DNA of 64,000 bases, taken from IMG/VR virus record IMGVR_UViG_3300037247_001786, positions 96,001-160,000 of that record; one strand, written 5' to 3'. The DNA comes from a virus. Lineage: Duplodnaviria; Caudoviricetes. Shown in pieces: positions 15,328 to 24,609 of the stretch; the stretch's first letter is position 1; every line of letters starts with the position of its first letter. The translations under genes and the position numbers were made by a program. Below the pieces are notes generated by a model. It was not told the DNA's origin. It made no database searches and was given only the letters and a program-made list of their open reading frames with translations.

Positions 15328-15615
15328 ATGGGAAATAGAAACATTGAGAGATTGAAAGAAAAAGTAGGATTTACTTCTGATTCAGAGGGCGTAGATAAGT
15401 ACTTTGAATTAATAGACAAGATATATTATGAAGAAGAGGTATACGTCGAAGACTTTAATGAAGATATAGAAGTGTCTACATGGTTTTTTGAAGATGGAAG
15501 AAGAATATCTCTAAATACAGATGAGCTAGTTAATTTAGCTTTGTTCTTATTAGATTTACATAGAGATGCAGATGAGCAATTAATGTCTTTAGAGGAATTA
15601 GAAAAAAGTTATTGA
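15328..15615 (+). CDS. Hypothetical acidic protein
   Basis: 95 aa, strong SD GAGGAGGT. Confidence 0.75.
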   Translation: MGNRNIERLKEKVGFTSDSEGVDKYFELIDKIYYEEEVYVEDFNEDIEVSTWFFEDGRRISLNTDELVNLALFLLDLHRDADEQLMSLEELEKSY

Positions 15616-15624
15616 GAGGTTAAT

Positions 15625-16128
15625 ATGAAAGAATTTAAAACAAAAAATTACATTGAAAAAAAAGCTCAATTTAATACTGATTTACCAGGAGATCCAGGGT
15701 TACCTTCAGGAGTTAGTGATCAAATAATATCAGACCAATTTGACGGAGGAGATTCTACAGATTATTCAAAACAAGCTGGGGAATATGAAACGAAAGTGGA
15801 TTGGGCAGAGGAAACTCAAGAGTTAGTTAACGCTGGTTATGACGTTATGGGTCTTCCTCAGAGAGGGTTAGGAGATATAAAAGTTTATTTTGAGTACGAC
15901 GCACAGGTTTATGGAGGAGATGTTACTATCTCTAATATTCGGCTTTTAGATATCAAAGTTCTGATGGGGGGTCAATATCAAGCTTTAACAGTTAAGGAGC
16001 CAGCAACTAAAGAGGGTCTCTTTGAGGGTCTTCAGGAGGAGATAGTTGAGCAAGAGCGGATAATAATTAAAGAACAACATGAAGGAAGTATAGGTATAAG
16101 ACCTGACAGAACAGAAGAATTATATTAA
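15625..16128 (+). CDS. Hypothetical acidic protein (possible head-internal protein)
   Basis: 167 aa, SD GAGG, N-terminal basic leader ending KKAQ. Confidence 0.7.
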   Translation: MKEFKTKNYIEKKAQFNTDLPGDPGLPSGVSDQIISDQFDGGDSTDYSKQAGEYETKVDWAEETQELVNAGYDVMGLPQRGLGDIKVYFEYDAQVYGGDVTISNIRLLDIKVLMGGQYQALTVKEPATKEGLFEGLQEEIVEQERIIIKEQHEGSIGIRPDRTEELY

Positions 16129-16132
16129 AAGC

Positions 16133-16159
16133 AAAAGCCTCCGTTTGGGGGCTTTTTTT
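16133..16159 (+). terminator. Rho-independent terminator
   Basis: AAAAGCCTCC-GTTT-GGGGGCTTTT followed by a T run. Confidence 0.8.
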
Positions 16160-16225
16160 GTGAGACTATTTTAAGTTCTCTATTTTTGTCGATTAATATT
16201 TACTTATAGATAAGGGAGAAAAAAT

Positions 16226-16522
16226 ATGTCTTTTACTCAAGAAGAAGCAGAGAAAGCTATTACTTATGCAAAAAATGGGGCTATGTTTATGTTTAGAGCT
16301 AATTCAGAGTTGTCTGGTGAGATATTAAAGGGAGGGGATTCTATAAAAGGAATGCCGATATTTATTCAAGACATGATGATGACTAGAGAGTGGATAAATA
16401 TTGACGATATTATGGTAGTAAAGTATTTTTCAAAAACTTTAGATAAAAAAAATACTTATCTATTTGATAGAGGTGATATAAAAGTGATACCAGAGCCTTG
16501 GAATCCAATTAAAATTAGTTAG
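16226..16522 (+). CDS. Hypothetical protein
   Basis: 98 aa, SD AAGGGAG. Confidence 0.7.
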   Translation: MSFTQEEAEKAITYAKNGAMFMFRANSELSGEILKGGDSIKGMPIFIQDMMMTREWINIDDIMVVKYFSKTLDKKNTYLFDRGDIKVIPEPWNPIKIS

Positions 16523-16535
16523 AGGAGAATCAAAA

Positions 16536-16823
16536 ATGGAAACAGAAAATAAAAATATAAAGAATGATACTAAAAAGAAAGTTTCTAAGAAAAAAAAGGT
16601 AGAAGAGGTTAACGAAATAATTAGTAGTGTATCTTGTATTGATCTTGAAAATAAGTTTTTATTAGTTCGAGTAGGCACAATTGATAATCCTGCATCAACT
16701 GACCAGATTAATGAAGTTCAGGAGAAATTAGAAGATATGCTTAATAAACATAATATAAAATGTTTAGCTTTTGTAACTCATCATGCGGTAGATATGACAT
16801 TGATAGAGAAGCGTGTAATTTAA
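16536..16823 (+). CDS. Hypothetical protein
   Basis: 95 aa, SD GAGGAG. Confidence 0.7.
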   Translation: METENKNIKNDTKKKVSKKKKVEEVNEIISSVSCIDLENKFLLVRVGTIDNPASTDQINEVQEKLEDMLNKHNIKCLAFVTHHAVDMTLIEKRVI

Positions 16824-16836
16824 ATAAGGACTTTAC

Positions 16837-17262
16837 ATGAAGAATAAAAACGATAAAACTATTTTTAATAATTTTTTAGAATATTGGTATTTTGCTAGAT
16901 TCTTTTCAGATCATCAGAAAGAGATCATATTTAATAGTTTATCATTCAAAGAGCAAGACGCTTTAATAAAATCTTGCAATAAAGGGGGATGGGATGATGT
17001 TCTAAATAGAAATATTTTAGACGAGATACTCGATGATATAAAAAAAGAAACTGGGTATAATTTAATAGATATTCGCTATAAAGTGTTGCACAATAAGAGC
17101 GTCTATATTCCTACTGAATTTTGGTTACATGTACTATCTCAATTTAAAGATTATGACAAAAAACAAATAAATTATATTTTAGGGGGCATCAAGGCTGTAA
17201 AGTGTGATCAAAATTCAGATATTACATTACTTACACCATTTTATTCTAAACTTAAGGAGTAG
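16837..17262 (+). CDS. Hypothetical protein
   Basis: 141 aa, SD AAGGA. Confidence 0.7.
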   Translation: MKNKNDKTIFNNFLEYWYFARFFSDHQKEIIFNSLSFKEQDALIKSCNKGGWDDVLNRNILDEILDDIKKETGYNLIDIRYKVLHNKSVYIPTEFWLHVLSQFKDYDKKQINYILGGIKAVKCDQNSDITLLTPFYSKLKE

Positions 17263-17263
17263 T

Positions 17264-17971
17264 ATGTCAAAAAAGAAATCTCGGGCAAACGGAACTGTTA
17301 CAGAATTAAAAAGAACAAAAGATCTTGGTTTTAGCACAAAAAAGAAAGTTACCCTTTCTGCGAAAACTGAAAATCAAAAACAACTATTTAAATCAATTAA
17401 GCATAATGTAATAACTATAGCTACGGGACCACCAGGAACTGGGAAAACTCTTATATCTGTCGTGAGTGCTTTAAAATCTCTTATAGACTGCAAGTACGGT
17501 AAAATAATTTTCACTCGTCCTTGTATAGAGGCAGATGGCGAGAATTTAGGCTTTTTACCAGGCGATTTAAATGAGAAAATATCTCCATACATGATGCCAA
17601 TTTTTGATTTCTTATCAGGGTATTTAGATAAAGTTCAAATAGAAAAAATGATATTAAATGGAAATATTATGACAATCCCTCTTGCTTTTATGAGGGGTAT
17701 AACATTTGAGAACTCTTTTGTCCTATTAGATGAATGTCAAAATACCACTCCCAAACAGATGAAAATGGTTTTAACTAGAATAGGGGAAAACTCTCAAGTA
17801 GTAATGACTGGAGACCCTAATCAATCAGATATAAAAGGAACAAACGGTTTAGTAGATATTGTAACTAGACTGGATAATGTTCCTGATATAGGTATCGTTC
17901 GCTTTACAGAAGAGGATATCGTGAGACATGGAATTGTTAAAATTATAGAGAAACGTTACGAAGGAGTTTAA
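17264..17971 (+). CDS. phoH: PhoH-family ATPase
   Basis: Walker A GPPGTGKT, LGFLPGDLNEK..PYM, PLAFMRGITF, LLDECQNTT..QMKMVLTRIG, TGDPNQSD; SD AAGGAG favours ATG 17264. Confidence 0.95.
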   Translation: MSKKKSRANGTVTELKRTKDLGFSTKKKVTLSAKTENQKQLFKSIKHNVITIATGPPGTGKTLISVVSALKSLIDCKYGKIIFTRPCIEADGENLGFLPGDLNEKISPYMMPIFDFLSGYLDKVQIEKMILNGNIMTIPLAFMRGITFENSFVLLDECQNTTPKQMKMVLTRIGENSQVVMTGDPNQSDIKGTNGLVDIVTRLDNVPDIGIVRFTEEDIVRHGIVKIIEKRYEGV

Positions 17972-17984
17972 CTCAATAAAATAA

Positions 17985-18009
17985 AGGTTTTTGCGGAAAA
18001 TATAACAAT
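17985..18009 (+). promoter_or_regulatory. Class II promoter for the 18052-22609 operon
   Basis: AAAGGTTTTTGCGGAAAATATAACAAT. Confidence 0.55.
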
Positions 18010-18051
18010 GTATAAAAATATATTTTAATATGCAATAACTGGAGTGTAGAT

Positions 18052-20793
18052 ATGTCATTTTTAAAGAAAATATTAGGAAGAGTTTATAAAAATAGTGGTC
18101 AAGGGTTCAATTTAAAGAATCAAATGATGAAAAAAGCGGTTGTGGCTGAAGAAACTGGATACCTTCCAGACACCCTTACTCCTTTAGAAGATTTTGACGA
18201 AACAGGACAGATGCAACCGAAACAAGTAGACCCTTCATATAGTGTTGCTATGGAGAGATACATAGATCAAAATGTGAATGAATCTCAACTCCCCCCAATA
18301 CCTTCAGAGTGGGTAGACGATATAAATTTAAGAATGCATTTTCAAAATATAGCTCAACAAAGAATAGGAAATATGTCTGAGTCATTTGTATCTAGAGCAT
18401 TTCAAGCTACTATGATGGCGAAAGAAGCCCCTGTTTCACCTCAACAACAAGCTCCTCAACAACAATCTCCTCAACAGCAGGGAGATGACTATGTTGACAT
18501 TGACACTGACCTGGTAACTAAATTTTTAGATACTCCTCATGCTCTTTCTGTTTTAGATTCCATATCTACATCAATACTTCAGTCTGGATACAGCCAGGTT
18601 AACAATAAAGATACGGCTGATGCTAGGGCTTGGCAATCGGTCGCCTTTGCGTTAGGTCCTCCTATCGCTAAAAAAAGAGGAGAAGGTATTAGAAGGGACC
18701 AAAGATTTAATTATTTTCTTTTTAACCCTGACAAGATGCCAGTGGATATTTCTCGCGATTATCAACAGTTTTTAGTAGCCAATCCTGAAATAAAAACAGA
18801 TCAAGCTATAGAATATTTAAAAAGTAACTTCGGCGATAAATTAATAACTGCTTTAAATGAGGATATTAATAATAATGATCCAAGTATTAAACAGTGGATA
18901 TTAAAGCAGGAAGGACATGTCGCTAAAGACGAAACGGACGAACAGATAGGAGTATCATTGACGGGAGGAGGAGATGATGCTGATGCCTATAATTTACAAG
19001 AAGAAGACATAGGCTCTATGAATTTAAACAGAGTGGAACAAAGAGAGAAAGACGTAAGAGAAATATCGGATGAAAAAAATTCTTTAACTAGATCCGTAAA
19101 GGCTTTTGCTAAATTATACATACAAGATGTGGTTAGAGATATGAAAGAAGTTTTATCAAAAGCTGTAGAAAGTAGCTATAATAAATATCCAGGTAAAGAG
19201 TCTTACAATATAGAAAGAATGAATTTATTTAACAAGAAACTATTAGATCAATATTTAGAAATATTTAATTCTGACCCTGTGATTGACCCTAAAACGGGTG
19301 CCGTCTCTTTTAGAAAATACCAACAAGACCCTAAAAATCCCAATAAACAGATATATACTGCAAGAATAGATATTCCTCAAGAAGATATAATTAGTATTTT
19401 TAAAGGAAATATAGAAAAAGACGTTACTGATCTTTATAGAGATATTAAAGATCAAAGAAAAGAAGGGAAAGCTGATTTTGATATTTTAAATTGGTTTAAA
19501 AAGTCTCAAGATAAGGGAATTCTTCCTCATACTGCGTTGCAGGATAGTTATAAAAAAGCTTATATTATTAAATCTATTATCAGAAATGCTCTCAAGAAAA
19601 ATACGATAGATGGAATTGCTTCTAACCCTGAACATATTTTTACTGGATCAAAAGAGATGGGAAGTGAGGAGATGTTAAAAATGTTATACCAGCTTTCTAA
19701 TTCAGATGAACAGGGAATATCTAAAGAAGAGAGAAAGAGAAGAGTTGCAAGATATATTGATATGACAGAAAAGGATGCACAGAACCCCAAGGGGGGTAAT
19801 TATGAGATGTATAAAACATTTGCTGATATGAAGAGGCAAAATTTAGAGCCAGGTAGTGAAGAGTCTAAAGAGATGGCAAATTCAATGAAGCCTTATGCTC
19901 AATATGACTCAATGTATCTTATGGAAGGTCTAAATGATGCGAAACAAAATCAATCAGATCCATATCATAGCGATGTTTTTAAAGCATTTTTAGGGGCATT
20001 GAATCCACACAAGAGGGTAAGAACAGGTAAGTTATCAAATATATATAATAGTTTGATGGGGAAGGGAGAAGAATATAAAGAAGATGTATCAATGCTCTCT
20101 AAAAAAGAAGCGATACAATATCGAAATTTAAAACTAAGCAAGATGCGTTACGAAAGCACGCTACAAGATAAAGAAAAAGCTATTGAAACGCAGCATGTAA
20201 AAATAAAAAAAGTAACAGACAAATATCATGCTCGCATATCTAAAGCTCTTATTTCAGCTAATAAGAAAAGAAAAATACAAGGATTAAGAGATATGAGTAT
20301 GGGAGAGTATGTAGGTAAACCAGAGTGGGACGGAAAGTCGCCTCTTCATTATGAAGATTATATCAGAGCTGGCATAAACAAAGCTAAAGATTCCCTATGG
20401 GGGAAAGACGAAGCTACTCATTGGAGAGATTTTGGACCAATGAGGCAGATAGAGACTATTAAGAATAGAGAGCCTCAACCTACATACAATGAAGCTGGAG
20501 ATAGAATAGAGCCTCCTATCAGGTCTCAAAATGTTCAATTTATTAAAAATAAAATACAAGAAGCAAATTTAGCGTTAGACGAGTTTAGAAAAACTCATAA
20601 AATTACCGATATTCAAGACAGAATGGCAGAAGCATTATGTAAGACGTATCTTGTAAAAATAGCCTCTATAAAAGAGACTGTAAGTAGATACAGTAATATG
20701 AAAATAGCTTTTAACGTATCTATATTTAATAATATGGTGCAAGATATACATAATAATTTTGAATTAGAGTTTAATAAAATATTTGGAATATAA
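18052..20793 (+). CDS. Large helical hypothetical protein with Gln-rich linker (possible internal virion protein)
   Basis: 913 aa, PQQQAPQQQSPQQQ segment, charged helical composition. Confidence 0.8.
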   Translation: MSFLKKILGRVYKNSGQGFNLKNQMMKKAVVAEETGYLPDTLTPLEDFDETGQMQPKQVDPSYSVAMERYIDQNVNESQLPPIPSEWVDDINLRMHFQNIAQQRIGNMSESFVSRAFQATMMAKEAPVSPQQQAPQQQSPQQQGDDYVDIDTDLVTKFLDTPHALSVLDSISTSILQSGYSQVNNKDTADARAWQSVAFALGPPIAKKRGEGIRRDQRFNYFLFNPDKMPVDISRDYQQFLVANPEIKTDQAIEYLKSNFGDKLITALNEDINNNDPSIKQWILKQEGHVAKDETDEQIGVSLTGGGDDADAYNLQEEDIGSMNLNRVEQREKDVREISDEKNSLTRSVKAFAKLYIQDVVRDMKEVLSKAVESSYNKYPGKESYNIERMNLFNKKLLDQYLEIFNSDPVIDPKTGAVSFRKYQQDPKNPNKQIYTARIDIPQEDIISIFKGNIEKDVTDLYRDIKDQRKEGKADFDILNWFKKSQDKGILPHTALQDSYKKAYIIKSIIRNALKKNTIDGIASNPEHIFTGSKEMGSEEMLKMLYQLSNSDEQGISKEERKRRVARYIDMTEKDAQNPKGGNYEMYKTFADMKRQNLEPGSEESKEMANSMKPYAQYDSMYLMEGLNDAKQNQSDPYHSDVFKAFLGALNPHKRVRTGKLSNIYNSLMGKGEEYKEDVSMLSKKEAIQYRNLKLSKMRYESTLQDKEKAIETQHVKIKKVTDKYHARISKALISANKKRKIQGLRDMSMGEYVGKPEWDGKSPLHYEDYIRAGINKAKDSLWGKDEATHWRDFGPMRQIETIKNREPQPTYNEAGDRIEPPIRSQNVQFIKNKIQEANLALDEFRKTHKITDIQDRMAEALCKTYLVKIASIKETVSRYSNMKIAFNVSIFNNMVQDIHNNFELEFNKIFGI

Positions 20794-20796
20794 AAT

Positions 20797-20967
20797 ATGA
20801 ATATTACGACGGTATGCTCTCATTGTAGAAATCACGATAAAGAGCCGAATATAGAGATTAATTTCAAAGATGGAGCTGTTTATTATATTTGCCCAGAATG
20901 TAAAAAAGAGAGTAAAATACTTTTAAAAGCAGAAGGTAAACCTTTTCCTAAATTAAGAAGAGTATAA
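20797..20967 (+). CDS. Small zinc-ribbon protein, 56 aa; not in the ORF track
   Basis: MNITTVCSHCRNH...YYICPECKKESK...; fills the gap between two genes. Confidence 0.7.
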   Translation: MNITTVCSHCRNHDKEPNIEINFKDGAVYYICPECKKESKILLKAEGKPFPKLRRV

Positions 20968-20974
20968 TATTTTT

Positions 20975-21547
20975 ATGTTTTTTATTGTAAATACTACAAA
21001 GAACTCTTTATGTATCGCTGATCTAAAATTAACATTAGGACCTCGACAGGGAATAGATCTAGACAAGAGAAATAAAAGAGAAGAGGCTGAAAAATCTCAA
21101 GGATTAAAGTCTTTAGTATCTAAAGGTCTTATTTCTATTAAAAATAAAACTAAACCAGAAGTCCAGTCTAATTTTATACAAGAAATTCATAACCATAGCG
21201 AGATAGATACTGATCAGATGAAGAAAGAGATTATGGAGGGGGTTAAAGAAGCGATAGCTGAAAATATGCCTCCTCAACCAACTCCTCAACAGCCAAATAT
21301 TAATATGGAGGAATTGGCTAAGATGATAGCATCTATTATCCCTCAGTTGAACAATAATGCCAATTTAAATTCTACTCCAAAAGATGAAGAAGTTAAAGTA
21401 GATGAGGGTATTTTAGCCGATATACATAGTAGAGTTGTTAATAAAATAGTTAAAAACGTTGAAAGTGGCGATATTAATTATCAGAAAGAGAAAACAAGTA
21501 ATACTATAGATGATAATATTGATGAATTAGAAGGTTTATTAGAATAA
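20975..21547 (+). CDS. Hypothetical protein; candidate partner of the actin-like ATPase
   Basis: N-domain paralogous to 11945-12523, Pro/Gln linker, acidic amphipathic C-terminus IDDNIDELEGLLE. Confidence 0.75.
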   Translation: MFFIVNTTKNSLCIADLKLTLGPRQGIDLDKRNKREEAEKSQGLKSLVSKGLISIKNKTKPEVQSNFIQEIHNHSEIDTDQMKKEIMEGVKEAIAENMPPQPTPQQPNINMEELAKMIASIIPQLNNNANLNSTPKDEEVKVDEGILADIHSRVVNKIVKNVESGDINYQKEKTSNTIDDNIDELEGLLE

Positions 21548-21559
21548 TAGGAGATAAAG

Positions 21560-22609
21560 ATGTCTAGAGCAATAGCGTGGGATCCTGGAACGATGTTTTT
21601 TCAGATAGCGGAAAAAAATGGAGAGGAAATAGATATAAATATAATTAGAAATGCTTTTGTTGAATTGGAAGCGACAGATGATATTGAGCAAGTGTTGGAG
21701 CAAAATAATTGGCAATATATCTCTGATGGTAAGAAGTTCTATATTATAGGTGAAGATAGTTTAAGGGTTGCGAAGATGTTCCCTGGCAAAGTTGAGCTAA
21801 GAAGACCTATGCAGGATGGAGTTCTTAATAAAGGTGAGGACAAAAAGATGTTAGTTATGACAAAGATGCTGGAAGACGTAATAGGTAAAGCATCAGATAA
21901 TAGTTCAATGGTTTGTTTTTGTGTCTCTTCTGAATCGGTAGATAACAATATTGATAACACATTTCATAAAGCTAGGCTAGAGGGGATGGCTAAAAGATTA
22001 GGATATAATACTAAGGTAATCGAAGAGGGTCACGCGGTAGTTTTAGCGGAACGCCCAGTAATGATAGAGGCAGACGGCACTGAGTCTCCTTATTCTGGTA
22101 TAGGGATTTCTTTTGGAGCCGGAAAAGTTAATTGCGTATTAGCTTATAAGGGGTTGCCAATTATCGGGATGTCAGCTACGAGAAGTGGAGACTATATTGA
22201 TCAAAAAGTATCAGAGCAAACAGATACTCCAATAGCTCAAGTTACCACTATTAAAGAAAAAAGTTTAGATTTCGACAATATAGATTATGATGATGATGTT
22301 ATTTTTGCATTAGATGCGTATTATACAAATATGTTAGAATATGTATTTAAAAACTTTTCAATAAAATTTCAGGAGGTTAAAAGTCAATTCGAGGCTCCTC
22401 TTGATATAGTCATCGCTGGCGGAACATCTATGCCTAAAGGATTTAGGAATAAGGTTCAAAGAGTTATAAATAAATTGGATTTACCATTTCAGATTAAGGA
22501 AGTTAAACTTTCTCAAGATCCTAGAAATGCGGTAGTTAAGGGATGCTTGACTCAAGCAATTATTTCTCAAAAAAAGTTTAAAGCGAAATCAGCAGATACG
22601 ATAATTTAA
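21560..22609 (+). CDS. Actin/Hsp70-fold ATPase, resembling the volactin/Mad28 group
   Basis: Phosphate-1 AWDPGT, connect EEGHAVV, phosphate-2 GIGISFGAGKVN, SGDYID, adenosine VIAGGTSMPKGF, AVVKGCL; RNAFVE and LRRPM..GVL match my recollection of volactin/Mad28. Confidence 0.85.
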   Translation: MSRAIAWDPGTMFFQIAEKNGEEIDINIIRNAFVELEATDDIEQVLEQNNWQYISDGKKFYIIGEDSLRVAKMFPGKVELRRPMQDGVLNKGEDKKMLVMTKMLEDVIGKASDNSSMVCFCVSSESVDNNIDNTFHKARLEGMAKRLGYNTKVIEEGHAVVLAERPVMIEADGTESPYSGIGISFGAGKVNCVLAYKGLPIIGMSATRSGDYIDQKVSEQTDTPIAQVTTIKEKSLDFDNIDYDDDVIFALDAYYTNMLEYVFKNFSIKFQEVKSQFEAPLDIVIAGGTSMPKGFRNKVQRVINKLDLPFQIKEVKLSQDPRNAVVKGCLTQAIISQKKFKAKSADTII

Positions 22610-22627
22610 ATAAAGGTTTCCAGAAGA

Positions 22628-22676
22628 AAAAAAGAGAAGTTATACTGAATAAATAGAAGTGTAACTTCTCTTTTTT
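22628..22676 (+). terminator. Long hairpin/terminator overlapping a class II promoter (22614-22639)
   Basis: 18-bp arms AAAAAAGAGAAGTTATAC / GTGTAACTTCTCTTTTTT with one G-T pair, 13-nt loop. Confidence 0.75.
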
Positions 22677-22690
22677 AATGGAGGCTCATA

Positions 22691-23416
22691 ATGGGTTATT
22701 GTACTCAAACAGATATAGAAAATGTTATTGCACAGGCATTAACTAGTGCAACCGCTTCAAGCCCAGACTCGTTTGGGACACTATCTTCTCTTATTAATAT
22801 AGGGAATTCTCTTGATAAAAATTTAGTTCCAGATTCGTCAGTAGATTATTATATCCAAATGGCTGATAGGGAGGTAGATGCTTCATTGAGCGAACTTTAC
22901 TCCACTCCATTTTGCGAATTAGCTAATTTTGAAACAGTTCTATTCTCTGATATTTACGAATATAATCCTTATATTGTGACAGAAAGAGCATGTCCGCTCG
23001 CCGTAGGAGACCAGGTTATTATTTTAGGTTCTGGGCAAGAGGAAAGACATGTTATAGATGAGGTTATTAGCTCTATGATTTTTTCTACCGAAGATGAAAT
23101 AGGATTTTCATTTACTGCTGATAGTAGGGTTGTTAGGGTATCTTATCCGGATCCTATTAGATTTATCTCCGCAAGAAAAGCGTCAGCTACCCTATATGAT
23201 AAATATTTTTCTTCAGAAAGTTCTCCTAACGTTTCTAAATTTGGAGAATACTTAAGGCAATTAGCATTTACTGATACTAATAATATTTTAAATGGAACAA
23301 CTATTTTACATGGACAACATAGAATAGGTCGTAGATTTTATAATAGTAATTTGGTTGACCAGTATGGATTACCTCAGGGTGGAGCTATTTCAAAAGATAT
23401 GAGGCAAATAAAATAA
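22691..23416 (+). CDS. Head-tail connector/adaptor (DUF1320/gp6-like) with an inserted beta domain
   Basis: YCTQTDIEN...IQMADREVDASLSELYSTP...IRFISARKASATLY; position before the tail genes. Confidence 0.7.
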   Translation: MGYCTQTDIENVIAQALTSATASSPDSFGTLSSLINIGNSLDKNLVPDSSVDYYIQMADREVDASLSELYSTPFCELANFETVLFSDIYEYNPYIVTERACPLAVGDQVIILGSGQEERHVIDEVISSMIFSTEDEIGFSFTADSRVVRVSYPDPIRFISARKASATLYDKYFSSESSPNVSKFGEYLRQLAFTDTNNILNGTTILHGQHRIGRRFYNSNLVDQYGLPQGGAISKDMRQIK

Positions 23417-23692
23417 ATGAATCAAGATCAAGATGGAATTGAATATTTAGAAGAGTTATCTTCTAAGATAAATAAGTACCAAGGAGTAAGCGAACTAGGA
23501 GAAGAGCTTCAGGTAGGAATACGATTATCGAAGACAAATAAAGGGGCAAGAACAAATGCTAGGATAGAGTCGGCTCAGAAAAAAGAACCGTTTGATGAGA
23601 CAGAAACTATTGAAGAGGAATTGATGGACGTAGAAGATGACATAACGGGTGAATTAATAAATAGAATGCTAACAGATATATTTGGAATATAA
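23417..23692 (+). CDS. Small acidic neck/tail completion candidate
   Basis: 91 aa, synteny only. Confidence 0.6.
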   Translation: MNQDQDGIEYLEELSSKINKYQGVSELGEELQVGIRLSKTNKGARTNARIESAQKKEPFDETETIEEELMDVEDDITGELINRMLTDIFGI

Positions 23693-23695
23693 GAT

Positions 23696-24601
23696 ATGGC
23701 GATGCAAGAAGTTTTAGATAGTGTAAGGCGGATAGTTCATAAATGGGTGAACACTATTACTCCTATAACAGCAAACATTACGCCTGGGGACACTGTTATC
23801 TCTGTTCAGAATGTTAGGCGTTTTCAAATAGGTGATCAGATAATGGTAAAAGGGTCACAAAAGTACGAGACAGGTCTTATTATAGAAGAAACCGATTCCA
23901 CATTACAAACTATAACAGTGACAACTCCTCTTCTTAATAGTTGGGTAGTCTCTCCAAATACCACGATAATAAAAACAATAGGAGAGCAATTTGTTCAAGG
24001 TATATATATAGGAGACCCTGATGTTATTATTAAGTTTCCTGCTATCACTGTAAGTGGGGCTAGCAGGTCTTCAGAATGGCTTACTCTCGAAAGCACAAAA
24101 GAAAGATATGAAATAGAAATAGGAGTTTTTGTTCAAGACTCTACTCATGAAAAAGGATATAGATTTCTTATGGCTTTAGTTGATACAATACAAAAAGGAT
24201 TAAAAAGGAATGTCTTACCAATGATATACGATGCTGAATTTTCTGCTCTTAAAACAAACTATACAAATAATGATCCTAATATAATTGTTAGCGATAGTAG
24301 TATTTTTGAACCATATCAAAGAATATATATAGAAGATCCAACACAATTTGTTGAGACATGGACGGATGTTATTTATAGCGATGGCGAAACTATAAAGTTA
24401 AAATGGCCTCTTGACTTAGCTTTTGATAAAGACGATACCATTATTACTATCCCTCATAGATTTATATTTAATTCTTGGCCTGCAACTATTAATTATGGAA
24501 AAATACACAAAGGGCAATTACTTAAAGCCGCTACTATTAGTTGGTTTGCAGAAGAGGAAGAATCTCAGTTCTTACGAAGAGATGAGGGGAAAATATTTTA
24601 A
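23696..24601 (+). CDS. Tail terminator/completion protein with inserted beta domains
   Basis: FPAITVSG...ERYEIEIGVFV...LMALVDTIQKGL pattern; synteny. Confidence 0.6.
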   Translation: MAMQEVLDSVRRIVHKWVNTITPITANITPGDTVISVQNVRRFQIGDQIMVKGSQKYETGLIIEETDSTLQTITVTTPLLNSWVVSPNTTIIKTIGEQFVQGIYIGDPDVIIKFPAITVSGASRSSEWLTLESTKERYEIEIGVFVQDSTHEKGYRFLMALVDTIQKGLKRNVLPMIYDAEFSALKTNYTNNDPNIIVSDSSIFEPYQRIYIEDPTQFVETWTDVIYSDGETIKLKWPLDLAFDKDDTIITIPHRFIFNSWPATINYGKIHKGQLLKAATISWFAEEEESQFLRRDEGKIF

Positions 24602-24609
24602 AATAAAAA

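Noticed and set aside
21560-22609. Archaeal host inferred from the volactin-like actin
   Set aside because: Promoters look like bacterial sigma -35/-10 types with bacterial-style SD spacing, and similar actins occur in bacteria; the host cannot be called from this gene.
22691-24601. Stop-codon recoding (three consecutive same-frame genes)
   Set aside because: The separators are TAA, each part has its own ATG and a plausible single function, and TAG/TGA act as normal stops elsewhere; chance is sufficient.
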